Position numbers and translations under genes: made by a program
Shown here: positions 8,846-17,685 of the stretch, one piece after another
Layout of the letters: each line of letters begins with the position of its first letter
Numbering within the stretch: the stretch's first letter is position 1
Source of the DNA: Candidatus Methylomirabilis oxygeniifera
GTDB taxonomy: Bacteria; Methylomirabilota; Methylomirabilia; Methylomirabilales; Methylomirabilaceae
Direction: 5' to 3'
Assembly: GCA_000091165.1 (NCBI GenBank)
Contig: FP565575.1
Coordinates: forward strand, 2,720,855 to 2,752,854
DNA length: 32,000 nucleotides
The notes under the pieces: model-generated
What the model saw: the letters and a program-made list of their open reading frames with translations, nothing else
Databases searched by the model: none
Told to the model about the DNA's origin: nothing

Positions 8846-9061
8846 TCAGGTTCCGCCAAATCCGACGGTGACTTTGCCCTTCTCGACAATAACCGGGACA
8901 TCACGTGAGCCTTTCGATAACTCCAACATCTGTGCGAGCGCCTTCGGGTCCTGCTTGACATTGAGGTAGGTGAACGGGACCTTCCGCCTGGCATAGTCCT
9001 CACGGGCTGCCGAGGTATAGGGTCAGGTATCCTTCCCGTAGATGACGACCGGTTCGTCCAT
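8846..9061 (-). CDS. UXX-star/glutaredoxin-like selenoprotein with in-frame UGA (Sec13)
   Basis: Hand translation of the minus strand: MDEPVVIYGKDT-U-PYTSAAREDYARRKVPFTYLNVKQDPKALAQMLELSKGSRDVPVIVEKGKVTVGFGGT*. AGGAGG SD directly upstream (9070-9065). UGA codon at 9025-9023. Absent from the supplied ORF track. Confidence 0.88.
8990..9015 (-). promoter_or_regulatory. Candidate bacterial SECIS-like stem-loop downstream of the UGA
   Basis: By eye, either AUA-CCUCG[GCAGCCCG]UGAGG-ac-UAU (9018-8993) or CCU-c-GGCA[GCCCGUGAGGACUA]UGCC-AGG (9015 to about 8987). Not folded computationally. Confidence 0.35.
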
Positions 9062-9102
9062 CTGCCTCCTCCAATCTTTCGGGTCCGTCTGATTCCAGCG
9101 CG

Positions 9103-9447
9103 TCAGACCCGCGTCGTAAATCGTTCGGCCTCTGTGGTCAACCGCTCGTAGGCAAGCTTGATGTCGCGGATCTGCGGGTACAGCTCCTGGATCTTCTCGT
9201 GGGGGAGCGGGATGATCCGGCTCAGTTCAGTCAGCCGCTCCCCAACCAGCTTGGCCCGTCGAAGGATATCGAGCTTTTTATCGGCCGGCGGGCTCAGCGC
9301 TGCCCCCTCCAGGAGTACAAGCATCCCGTCCTCATCTTGAGCCCGGCACAGCTCGTCCAACTGCTGCGCCTGGGTCTCATTGAGACCGCTTTCCCGCAGG
9401 GCATTCAACGCCTTCATCCGGTCGATTCGATAGCGGATGTCGAGCAT
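9103..9447 (-). CDS. Uncharacterised 114-aa protein, predicted first gene of the selenoprotein operon
   Basis: MLDIRYRIDRMKALNALRESGLNETQAQQLDELCRAQDEDGMLV...; aaggagag SD 5' of the ATG; only 41 nt from the selenoprotein start. Confidence 0.65.
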   Translation of the reverse strand: MLDIRYRIDRMKALNALRESGLNETQAQQLDELCRAQDEDGMLVLLEGAALSPPADKKLDILRRAKLVGERLTELSRIIPLPHEKIQELYPQIRDIKLAYERLTTEAERFTTRV

Positions 9448-9701
9448 TCTCTCTCCTTACGCGCGCGCCGTGGATGTATCAGGCGCAATCCGGCACTATC
9501 TCACACCTCTGCGCCAAAGCCGAATGCAGGGGGTCGGGTGTGAGTCTATCATCTGACTCTATGGCCACTCTATATCAGCAGAATTTCGACGTCTTGTCAA
9601 CGGTCATGTGGTCTTTTCATCCCGCGTGGTCGCTATCCGGCCATGATATGATGTGTTATCATAATGTACTACGGGATAGCGAAGGAGGAATCGGACCCGA
9701 C

Positions 9702-10367
9702 ATGAAATTCCCATTTGCCCTTGACCGCCTGGCTGCGCAAGATATTCGAATGATTTTTCGCGTCGTCGCAGAGTTCGTCGACGGGTTGGAGGCGCTCGCC
9801 GCGATTCCGCCGGCTGTCTCTGTCTTCGGATCGACGCATATCGGACGAGATGATCCCGCCTACATGATGGCCGAACAGATCGGCCGCTTGTTGGCCAAGC
9901 ACGGGTATGCCGTCATCACGGGCGGGGGTCCTGGAGCCATGGAGGCGGCGAATAAAGGCGCCTACGAGGCGGGTGGTGTATCGGTCGGCCTCAACATTGA
10001 GCTTCCTCAGCAGCAGGCACCGAACCCATACCTGACCAACCTTGTAAATTTCCAGCACTTCTTCGTCCGGAAGGTCATGTTCGTGAAGCACTCCATCGCG
10101 TTCGTCATCCTGCCGGGCGGCTTTGGCACCCTGGATGAGCTGTTTGAGTCGATTACACTGATCCAGACCAGGAAGATCAAGCCGTTTCCGGTCATCCTGA
10201 CAGACGACGATTACTGGCGCGGTTTACAGGAGTGGCTCCGTGATACTGTTATGAGCGAGGGGAAGATCTCGCCGGACGACCTCGCGCTACTCAAGGTGGC
10301 TCATAGCCCTGAAGAGGTCATCCAGGTCATCAAGAACTCCTCAACCTCCAATTCTCTGACCCTCTGA
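9702..10367 (+). CDS. LOG-family protein (TIGR00730-like; Rossmann-fold nucleotide-binding)
   Basis: VSVFGSTHIGRDDPAY, YAVITGGGPGAMEAANKGAYEAGG, FVILPGGFGTLDELFESITLIQT; upstream gaaggagg. Confidence 0.9.
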   Translation: MKFPFALDRLAAQDIRMIFRVVAEFVDGLEALAAIPPAVSVFGSTHIGRDDPAYMMAEQIGRLLAKHGYAVITGGGPGAMEAANKGAYEAGGVSVGLNIELPQQQAPNPYLTNLVNFQHFFVRKVMFVKHSIAFVILPGGFGTLDELFESITLIQTRKIKPFPVILTDDDYWRGLQEWLRDTVMSEGKISPDDLALLKVAHSPEEVIQVIKNSSTSNSLTL

Positions 10368-10394
10368 AATCTTCCGTCCAGTACGGTCAGCCCA

Positions 10395-11054
10395 TTGGCC
10401 ACCAACCGGCAGATCACTGAAGTCCTGCAGCAGGTCCGACATGCGATCAGCGTGTGGGAGCCCGCCGTCGTGGGCAAGATCGCCGAGGACTCCCGCGATC
10501 CGTTTCGGGTCCTGATCTCTTGTATCCTGAGCCAGCAGACCAAGGATCAGATTACGGGTGAAGCCTCGGAGCGGCTGTATCGACTTGCCGATCGACCCGA
10601 CACGATACTCGCGCTGAGTGAGCTACAGATCGCCAGAGCCATCTACCCGGTCAGTTTCTATAAGACGAAGGCTCGAACCATCCGCAAGGTCTGCCAGGAT
10701 CTGCTCACTCGTTTCGATGGGCGCGTCCCCGATACAATCGAGGCCCTTCTTAGCCTCACCGGCGTCGGCCGGAAGACCGCCAACCTTGTCGTAACAGTCG
10801 GTTACAGAAAGCCGGGGATCTGCGTTGATACGCATGTCCATCGGATCTCGAATCGCTGGGGTTACGTCAGCACCAGGACCCCCGAGCAGACCGAGATGGC
10901 CCTCCGATTGAAGCTGCCGAAGCGGCATTGGATCTATTACAATGACCTGTTGGTCCCGTTCGGTCAGAACCTCTGCCGACCGATCTCTCCCTTTTGTAGT
11001 CGCTGCCCCATCGAGCGCTGGTGCGCCAAGGTCGGCGTGGCGATGCATCGCTGA
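10395..11054 (+). CDS. nth: Endonuclease III-family DNA glycosylase/AP lyase
   Basis: HhH LLSLTGVGRKTANLVV, CVDTHVHRISNRWG, [4Fe-4S] motif C-x6-C-x2-C-x5-C (CRPISPFCSRCPIERWC). Confidence 0.93.
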   Translation: MATNRQITEVLQQVRHAISVWEPAVVGKIAEDSRDPFRVLISCILSQQTKDQITGEASERLYRLADRPDTILALSELQIARAIYPVSFYKTKARTIRKVCQDLLTRFDGRVPDTIEALLSLTGVGRKTANLVVTVGYRKPGICVDTHVHRISNRWGYVSTRTPEQTEMALRLKLPKRHWIYYNDLLVPFGQNLCRPISPFCSRCPIERWCAKVGVAMHR

Positions 11055-11056
11055 GG

Positions 11057-11491
11057 TTACACATCAAAGACGACTCGCGCGTGCCAGCGATCGTCGACTT
11101 TGTGACATTCGAGCAGATGGTAGGTGGCGGCCTTCACCACGCCCTTGAACCGGTGCCGCTCCGGGTCTGTCGGTTCTCCCACCAGCTCGCCGCTCACACG
11201 CTCGCCTTCGACCGTCGTTACTCGTACGTTCGAGGGGGCCCACCCTTCCGCTTCACATCGGTACAACAGTTCATTCAACCAGGCCACCAGCAGGGACGGA
11301 AGGTCTCTCCCTCGCGCTTCAATCGGAAGGATGCCGGTGGAGCGTACTGTTCCGGAGTCGACCATCAGTACAAACATCCCTCTGGCGGTGTTGGCAAAGA
11401 GCTCCTCCGGAGTTCCGCCCCACGCCATAATCCCGACATCCGCCGTCGTCTCGAATAGCTCAAATCCAGGATCGCTCATCGCGCAGTTCAA
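11057..11491 (-). CDS. Archease family protein
   Basis: FELFETTADVGIMAWGGTPEELFANTARGMFVLM...LLVAWLNELLYRCEAEG...VKAATYHLLECHK. Confidence 0.87.
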   Translation of the reverse strand: MNCAMSDPGFELFETTADVGIMAWGGTPEELFANTARGMFVLMVDSGTVRSTGILPIEARGRDLPSLLVAWLNELLYRCEAEGWAPSNVRVTTVEGERVSGELVGEPTDPERHRFKGVVKAATYHLLECHKVDDRWHARVVFDV

Positions 11492-11495
11492 GACA

Positions 11496-11529
11496 GGGTA
11501 TAGGGTTTAGGGTGTAGGGTAGGGGATGG
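11496..11529. repeat. Telomere-like degenerate G-rich tandem tract
   Basis: gggtatagggtttagggtgtagggtagggga read directly. Confidence 0.7.
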
Positions 11530-11557
11530 AGCAGGACCCATACGCCTTGCACCGCAT

Positions 11558-12790
11558 TCATTCATATCGTAGCGCCTCAATCGGGTCCAAAAAGGCGGCC
11601 TTGCGGGCCGGGTAGTAGCCGAAACCGATCCCTACCAACGCCGAGAACACAAAGGCCGTCAGGACGGCGCCTCCGCTGATCAGGGTCGGCCACATTGCAA
11701 CGTAGGAGATTAGGATCGAGAGCGAGAGACCAAGCCCGATCCCGATCAGACCGCCGATGAGCGATAAGGTAACTGCCTCAACGAGGAACTGTGTCAGGAT
11801 GTCGCGCGTCCTGGCGCCCACCGCCAATCGCAATCCGATCTCTCGCGTCCGCTCCGTCACGGACACCAGCATGATGTTCATAATGCCGATTCCGCCCACG
11901 ACCAGCGAGACGGAGGCGATGGCGCCCAGCAGGATCGACATCACGCGAGCCGATTGCTCCTGAGCGCCAAACACCTCCACGAGATTCCGTACGGTGAAGT
12001 CATCATCTTCATCCGGTTGCAGGCGATGTCGCTGTCGGAGGAGGGCCACCACCTGTTCTTGGGCCTCCTGCATCATCGTTGGGCCGCGAGCCTGCACCAC
12101 GATCGCCCCCACCGCCCTGGCGTTCGCGTGACTCACTCCGAGCACCTTCCGCTTGGCCGTCGAGATAGGAATTAGGATGACATCATCCTGATCCTGTCCC
12201 CAGGCCGATTGACCCTTTGGAGCCAGGGTCCCAAGGATGGTAAACGGCACTCGCTTGATCCTGATAATCTGTCCGACGGGGTCGTTGCCGCCGAACAGAT
12301 TATCCACGACCGTATTGCCGACAAGCGCCACCTTCGTCGCTCCGTCGACATCCTGCCAGGTGAACGGCCGACCATTGAGGATCTGAAAGTCGCGGATCTC
12401 GATGTATTCCGGCGTCACCCCCTGGATCACCGTAGACCAGTTGTCGTTACCAAGGACGACCTGTCCGGTTCCACGGATACTGGCGGCCGTCAACGCCACC
12501 GCTGGGCACTCGGCGGCAATCGCCTTGGCATCATCTTCCGACAGTGTCATGATTGACCCGGCGCCAACACGCATCCCGCTACTGGTTGTACTACCGGACA
12601 GGACGAGGATCACATTGCTGCCGATACTTCGGATCTGCTCCTGAATGAAGGCAGTGGCCCCGGAGCCTACCGCCACCATGGCGATCACAGCCGCCACGCC
12701 GATGATGATCCCCAGCATCGTGAGGGCCGATCGAAGCCGATTGACCCTGAGCGCTCTCAAGGCGATCCTGACATTGACTAAGAGATTCAT
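11558..12790 (-). CDS. ABC transporter permease, MacB/FtsX-like
   Basis: NVRIALRALRVNRLRSALTMLGIIIGVAAVIAMVAVGSGA...GGIGIMNIMLVSVTERTREIGLRLAVGAR...FGYYPARKAAFLDPIEALRYE. Confidence 0.95.
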   Translation of the reverse strand: MNLLVNVRIALRALRVNRLRSALTMLGIIIGVAAVIAMVAVGSGATAFIQEQIRSIGSNVILVLSGSTTSSGMRVGAGSIMTLSEDDAKAIAAECPAVALTAASIRGTGQVVLGNDNWSTVIQGVTPEYIEIRDFQILNGRPFTWQDVDGATKVALVGNTVVDNLFGGNDPVGQIIRIKRVPFTILGTLAPKGQSAWGQDQDDVILIPISTAKRKVLGVSHANARAVGAIVVQARGPTMMQEAQEQVVALLRQRHRLQPDEDDDFTVRNLVEVFGAQEQSARVMSILLGAIASVSLVVGGIGIMNIMLVSVTERTREIGLRLAVGARTRDILTQFLVEAVTLSLIGGLIGIGLGLSLSILISYVAMWPTLISGGAVLTAFVFSALVGIGFGYYPARKAAFLDPIEALRYE

Positions 12791-12799
12791 AGACCGGCT

Positions 12800-13543
12800 C
12801 TACCCCGCTTCGTCCGGCAGGCGCTGCTGCAACTCATGGAGCGCGACTCTTGGCTGCTCCACCGCCTCATCCCGCAGTAGTCGGCCGTCTCTGAAAAAGA
12901 GTATGCGACCGGCGTAGGCCGCGATGTCCGGCTCATGGGTCACCAGAACAATGGTGATCCCCGCCTCCTTATTCAGCCGCTGGAATATCGCCATAATCTC
13001 TGAACTGGTTCTCGAATCGAGGTTGCCGGTGGGCTCATCCGCCAGGATGATCTGTGGCTCATTGACAAGGGCCCGCGCAATGGCTACCCGCTGCTGCTGC
13101 CCTCCGGAAAGCTGGTTTGGATGATGCTCTGTCCTATTCTCAAGACCAACCGCCTGGAGGGCGTCAAGCGCTCTGGCGCGCCGCTCGCGGGCCGCAGCGC
13201 CATTATACAGGAGCGGAAGTTCCACGTTCGCTAAGGCGCTGGTCCTGGCCAGGAGGTTGAAAGTCTGAAAGACAAAGCCGATCTTCTTATTCCGGAGAGC
13301 GGCCAGCTCATCTCGATTAAGCCGACCCACGCTGACGCCGTCAAACCGGTAGCTGCCGGACGTCGGTTTGTCCAGGCAACCCAGGATGTGCATTAAGGTC
13401 GATTTGCCGGACCCGGAGGAGCCCATGATCGCCACAAACTCCCCTCGTTCAATCAGGAACGAGACGCCCCTCAGCGCCTGGACAGTCACATCGCCCAGAC
13501 GGTAGTCCTTTATCAAGCTGTCGATCTCAATCAGCGCTGCCAC
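12800..13543 (-). CDS. ABC transporter ATP-binding protein, MacB/LolD-like
   Basis: Walker [26 protein letters not shown], Walker [13 protein letters not shown]. Confidence 0.96.
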   Translation of the reverse strand: MAALIEIDSLIKDYRLGDVTVQALRGVSFLIERGEFVAIMGSSGSGKSTLMHILGCLDKPTSGSYRFDGVSVGRLNRDELAALRNKKIGFVFQTFNLLARTSALANVELPLLYNGAAARERRARALDALQAVGLENRTEHHPNQLSGGQQQRVAIARALVNEPQIILADEPTGNLDSRTSSEIMAIFQRLNKEAGITIVLVTHEPDIAAYAGRILFFRDGRLLRDEAVEQPRVALHELQQRLPDEAG

Positions 13544-13552
13544 GACCCTCCC

Positions 13553-15001
13553 CTAGAACCTCGGACCCCGCTGGCCGAACGGCGGAGCCGACCCACCCGC
13601 AGCTTGACCATTTTTCGATGCGGTCCCCACAATGACTTCGTGTCCTCCATCAAGGTTGCCTTCGATGATCTCGGTGAAACGCTCATCGGCAAGACCCAGC
13701 CTGACGGTGACCGGCTGAGGTTGCTTATCCTTACCAAGAATCCAGATGGTCTGATCCCGTCCGGTGTTCTGAGTATCGCGGATATCATGCGCCCCCTGAC
13801 CTGTCGGCCGCCCCTGTGGGCTTCGGGCGGATACATTGCCTCCTTGATTCGGCAGTTCCTTCAGATCCGGGGGCCGAAACCGCAGGGCCGCATTGGGGAT
13901 CTTCAGGACATTCTCGCGCCTGTCCACCAGGATCCTGACATTCGCCGTCATGCCCGGGAACAGTTTGAAGTCCGGATTGGCGACCCCAATCACGGCATTG
14001 TAGGTGATCACGTTCTGGACGTTCATTGGGGCCTGCCGGATCTGGACGACCTTTCCCTTAAAGATCTCACCCGGGAAAGCGTCGACAGTGAAGGTTGTGT
14101 CCTGTCCGACTCGAATCCGTCCAACGTCGGCCTCATCCACGTTCGTGTCCACCTGCATCTTGGTCAGGTCCTGTGCGATCAGGAACAGGGTCGGGGCGGA
14201 GAAGCTGGCGGCTACCGTCTGCCCGACATCCACATTCCGTGAGACCACGGTCCCGTCCACCGGTGCTCGAATATAGGTATGATCGAGATCGACCTGCGCC
14301 TGCTTCAGGGCCGCCTCGTTCTGCTTGACCTGCGCGTCCGCTGCGGCGATCTGGGCCATGGTCACTTCGTGCTGGGCCTGCGCGGCGCGAAGGGAATATC
14401 CCGCAGCCTGGTCCTGGGCCTTCGCGGCATCGAGGGCTGCGATGTTGGAATCGTAGGTCGCCTGCGCCGAATCCCGCTCCTCTGCCGAGATGCCGCCTTC
14501 TTTGAAGAGGTTGATCCGGCTCCTTAGTTTGATTTGGGCATCCAGGACGGCGACCTTCGCTTTTGCCGCATTCGCCTTTGCGACTTCCAGTGAAGCCTTG
14601 GCGTTGGCAATGTCGGCCTCGGTTTTCTGGAGCATCGCCCGAGCGTTGAGGACGGCAGCTCGGGCGTTGTCCAAGTTGCCCTTCGCCTGGTTCACCTTGG
14701 CCTCAAAGATCTCCGGATCGATCCTGGCCACCAGTTGCCCTTTCTTGACCTTCGTATTAAAGTCGGCGTGGAGTTCCTTGATGTTCCCGGAGACCTGACT
14801 GCCGACCTGAACGGTGACGACAGCGTTAGGATTGCCGGTTGCGGAGATCGTTGCCTCAATGTCACCCCGCCCAACCGTCGCCGTCCGGTACTCAACCCGG
14901 CTCTGCCCACGCAGGTATGCCCAGCCGCCCAGACCGGACAGCGCGATCAGGCCGACGATGACCAACACCACCTTCGCTTTTGGCATCTTCATCGATATCA
15001 C
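13553..15001 (-). CDS. Periplasmic membrane fusion protein, MacA/HlyD-like (start may be the internal Met at about 14992)
   Basis: NPNAVVTVQVGSQVSGNIKELHADFNTKVKKGQLVARIDPEIFEAK; coiled coil; VDLDHTYIRAPVDGTVVSRNVDVGQTVAA. Confidence 0.94.
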   Translation of the reverse strand: MISMKMPKAKVVLVIVGLIALSGLGGWAYLRGQSRVEYRTATVGRGDIEATISATGNPNAVVTVQVGSQVSGNIKELHADFNTKVKKGQLVARIDPEIFEAKVNQAKGNLDNARAAVLNARAMLQKTEADIANAKASLEVAKANAAKAKVAVLDAQIKLRSRINLFKEGGISAEERDSAQATYDSNIAALDAAKAQDQAAGYSLRAAQAQHEVTMAQIAAADAQVKQNEAALKQAQVDLDHTYIRAPVDGTVVSRNVDVGQTVAASFSAPTLFLIAQDLTKMQVDTNVDEADVGRIRVGQDTTFTVDAFPGEIFKGKVVQIRQAPMNVQNVITYNAVIGVANPDFKLFPGMTANVRILVDRRENVLKIPNAALRFRPPDLKELPNQGGNVSARSPQGRPTGQGAHDIRDTQNTGRDQTIWILGKDKQPQPVTVRLGLADERFTEIIEGNLDGGHEVIVGTASKNGQAAGGSAPPFGQRGPRF

Positions 15002-16608
15002 AGTTCGAGATGATTTGTTTCCAGGATCGTGCCCTTCTGAAGCTCGAGATTGGCCAGATCCTGGTTGTAGGTGGTAATCGCCTGGATCTCGCTGGCCTGG
15101 GCCGCCGCGAGGTCTCGCTGAAACGACAGGACGTTGAAGGTCGTGGTGACGCCGGCCTCGAGCCGCTTCTGTTCGACCCGCAGTTGCTCCTCAGCCAGCG
15201 TCCGAGCCGCTCTGGTGGCCTCCACGCGGCGGACATCGGCCTCCACGCGGCGGACCGCCTCTCGAACCTGAGAGATGATCTGGCGCTTGAGATTCAGCAG
15301 GCTCGTCCCGGCCTGAGCGTGGCTGAGCTTTGCCTGATTCAACGCCGACCTGGCGGAGCGGTTGCCTAACGGGTACGTCAGGACCAGGGCTGCCGACCAC
15401 TGCGTAAAGTCGCCTGAGGTCAACCGATCCAGATCGCCGCCTGCGCTGCCGTTGAGGCCGTTGAGTCCGACATTGCCCTGCAATTGGAGGCTGGGCAGCA
15501 ACTGGTTCCGCTTGATCCGCAGATCGAGATCGGTGTTTTGTAACGTCAGCTTGGCCGCGGCGTACTCCGGCCGCTTTTCGAGCGCCTCCTGAATGCTGGC
15601 ATCCGTATTTATCCGAATCTCTTCAAATGGCAGCCGATCGGTCGGAAGAATCGTTCTGGCCCAGATTCGCTCCCCATCGGGGAAGTTGATGATGAGCGTC
15701 AGTTGATCTTCGGCGTCCTTGACGGCCTTCTCGGCCAGGATCACGTCCTGGACCCTGGCTGCGGCCTGGGCCTCCGCCTGCGTCACCTCAACCGGCGCTG
15801 CAACACCGGCCCGCACCCGTGCCTTGTTGAGGTCCTCCAGTTCCCTGGCCAGGCGCAGCGAGCGCCTCTGGACCTCCAGATTGTCAATGGCAAAGACGAG
15901 ATTCCAGTAGGCGTTGTGAACGTTGGTAATGACCTGATTGGCCTGTTGACGGAGTTGCGTGACCGAGATCGCCTGATCGTTCCTGGCGATCTTGATCGGC
16001 GCAGTATTCACATCCATTCCGAAGTTCTTGAGAAGATCCTGGGTAATGCTGAGGGTCAGGAAACTCTTGTAGTACGGGTTAAGGGTTGCAAATTGCGAGT
16101 TGGTCTTAAATCGGTTGTTAGTCATGCTCAATGTATAACTGGCGCCGAACGGTAGCTTTTGAACGAGGGAGGTATTGACATCTCGGTTCTCTGTTGTGTT
16201 GACCGTTGCTCCTGCGAGCTGTGTTGCCGTCGGTGAGACGGTTCTGTTCGCGTCAAGCGTGAGAGAGAAGGTCGGATCAAAGACCGCCTTCGCGATACTG
16301 ATGCTCTCGGATTTCACCCTTGGGTTGTAGGCGGCGATAGCAATATCAAGGTTATTCTTCAGCGCCAGCACAACCGCTTCGCGGAGCGCGAGGCGAAGCT
16401 CGCCTACGTCGCCTGATTCATCGGTAGTCGATTGATCCTGGGGCGCCGCGGAACCGACCGATTGCGCCAGATCGCTAGAGAGTTCGACGCGACTCTGCGC
16501 TAGAGGGGGTAATAGATCGTCCTCCGCGTTCGCTATAACCGCATGCAGCACAGCCAGACAGATCACCGACATCGCCCATACACATACCTTGCGCTGTAGC
16601 GCCGTCAT
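14998..16608 (-). CDS. TolC-like outer membrane efflux protein
   Basis: Signal peptide; repeated helical OEP domain, e.g. LVFAIDNLEVQRRSLRLARELEDLNKARVRAGVAAPVEVTQAEAQAAAR and GVTTTFNVLSFQRDLAAAQASEIQAITTYNQDLANLELQKGTIL. Confidence 0.92.
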   Translation of the reverse strand: MTALQRKVCVWAMSVICLAVLHAVIANAEDDLLPPLAQSRVELSSDLAQSVGSAAPQDQSTTDESGDVGELRLALREAVVLALKNNLDIAIAAYNPRVKSESISIAKAVFDPTFSLTLDANRTVSPTATQLAGATVNTTENRDVNTSLVQKLPFGASYTLSMTNNRFKTNSQFATLNPYYKSFLTLSITQDLLKNFGMDVNTAPIKIARNDQAISVTQLRQQANQVITNVHNAYWNLVFAIDNLEVQRRSLRLARELEDLNKARVRAGVAAPVEVTQAEAQAAARVQDVILAEKAVKDAEDQLTLIINFPDGERIWARTILPTDRLPFEEIRINTDASIQEALEKRPEYAAAKLTLQNTDLDLRIKRNQLLPSLQLQGNVGLNGLNGSAGGDLDRLTSGDFTQWSAALVLTYPLGNRSARSALNQAKLSHAQAGTSLLNLKRQIISQVREAVRRVEADVRRVEATRAARTLAEEQLRVEQKRLEAGVTTTFNVLSFQRDLAAAQASEIQAITTYNQDLANLELQKGTILETNHLEL

Positions 16609-16623
16609 GCTCCCTCCTTTGAA

Positions 16624-16700
16624 AACAGGGTATATGGGGTTTTGGGTTTGTGGTATCTACCCCACACCCTATACCCTGATCTTTGACCCTCTACCCTATC
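16624..16700. repeat. Telomere-like G-rich/C-rich intergenic element with inverted arms
   Basis: cagggtatatggggttttgggtttgtgg...ccccacaccctataccctgatctttgaccctctaccctatcc; arms CAGGGTAT/ATACCCTG. Confidence 0.65.
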
Positions 16701-17129
16701 CTATGGCTTACGTTCTGACGCCTTCGATTGAGAGGCGGCGGATTCCTCCAGTCGACGCTCCTCGTCCCACCGCTTGAGGAACGCCTCGAAGCGGGGCTGC
16801 TGATCGGCATTCAGGATCGAACGGATCCGCTGGCGCGCCCGCTGCCTCACTTCTTCGAACTGCGGCTGAAGACGTCTGCGCAGGGTCAGAAACTCCTCAC
16901 GTGTCTCATCCAGCGCCGTATTCAATGTGCCAGTCTGTTCCGGTTGGAGTTGCACCGCCTCCGTCAACTCTCTGATATAGCGCTCCCGGTTGAACTTCCC
17001 GGTCCAAATAGCCTGGCGCGGGGGATCGACTCGGTGCAGGTAGGCCGATAAGCTCAGGGCGCCGGCCGCGACACCCAAGAGAAAGACAACGAGAAAGGCG
17101 AGCCCAACCTTCGCGCGTGTCGCCATCAT
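16701..17129 (-). CDS. Small periplasmic Spy/CpxP-like or heavy-metal-resistance-like protein
   Basis: N-terminal TM VGLAFLVVFLLGVAAGALSLSAYL; LTEAVQLQPEQTGTLNTALDETREEFLTLRRRLQPQFEEVRQRARQRIRSILNADQQPRFEAFLKRWDEER. Confidence 0.72.
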   Translation of the reverse strand: MMATRAKVGLAFLVVFLLGVAAGALSLSAYLHRVDPPRQAIWTGKFNRERYIRELTEAVQLQPEQTGTLNTALDETREEFLTLRRRLQPQFEEVRQRARQRIRSILNADQQPRFEAFLKRWDEERRLEESAASQSKASERKP

Positions 17130-17133
17130 CTGA

Positions 17134-17685
17134 TTACCTCGAACCCCCGTCTTTGCACGTTGCGCCTCGCGCGTCGCACCCCGGATCGGCGTCCGAGGCA
17201 GGCCTCGCACTTTGTGTCAGCACAAACGCCAGCATCTGGTCCCGGCTGGGCTCCCCGACCACTCCCGGTAGGTTCACTTCCTCAAGAGAAAAGGCATAGA
17301 CATCCGTTCCGCTCCGCACCTGAACCGGGAGCGACGAGTGCGACCCGCTTATGGAGAGCGTCACCCCGGCGAGCAGCAGGACCCCCATAGCCAGGGCCGG
17401 GATTAATCGCCTCGCCAATCCCAAGGCATCGAGCAGGTTGATATCGGGTTGGCCGGGCTCCGTATCCGCCAGTCGCGCTCGTAACCGTGGATAGAAGGCG
17501 GGTCCGGGTCCGCGGACCTCTTCGCGCACGCTCTGGAGCAATGCCGACGACAGTCTGACGACCTTCATCGCCTCACTGCACCGGCGGCAGATCTTCAGAT
17601 GAAGCGCAAGCGCGCTATCATCCGCAAAGACAGCACCTTCGCGCCCTTCCCGTTTCAGCAATTGCATGACGTCCCGGCAAGTCAT
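17134..17685 (-). CDS. Membrane-anchored anti-sigma factor with H-x3-C-x2-C zinc-binding motif
   Basis: MTCRDVMQLLKREG...ALALHLKICRRCSEAM; central TM RLIPALAMGVLLLAGVTL; gene overlaps the ECF sigma gene. Confidence 0.82.
   Translation of the reverse strand: MTCRDVMQLLKREGREGAVFADDSALALHLKICRRCSEAMKVVRLSSALLQSVREEVRGPGPAFYPRLRARLADTEPGQPDINLLDALGLARRLIPALAMGVLLLAGVTLSISGSHSSLPVQVRSGTDVYAFSLEEVNLPGVVGEPSRDQMLAFVLTQSARPASDADPGCDARGATCKDGGSR

Noticed and set aside
8809-9003. 64-aa minus-strand ORF in the ORF track
   Set aside because: Out-of-frame shadow of the selenoprotein coding sequence; basic, low-information product.
9474-9701. N-terminal extension of the LOG-family ORF
   Set aside because: Family-like sequence begins after the SD-preceded ATG at 9702; the upstream part looks noncoding.
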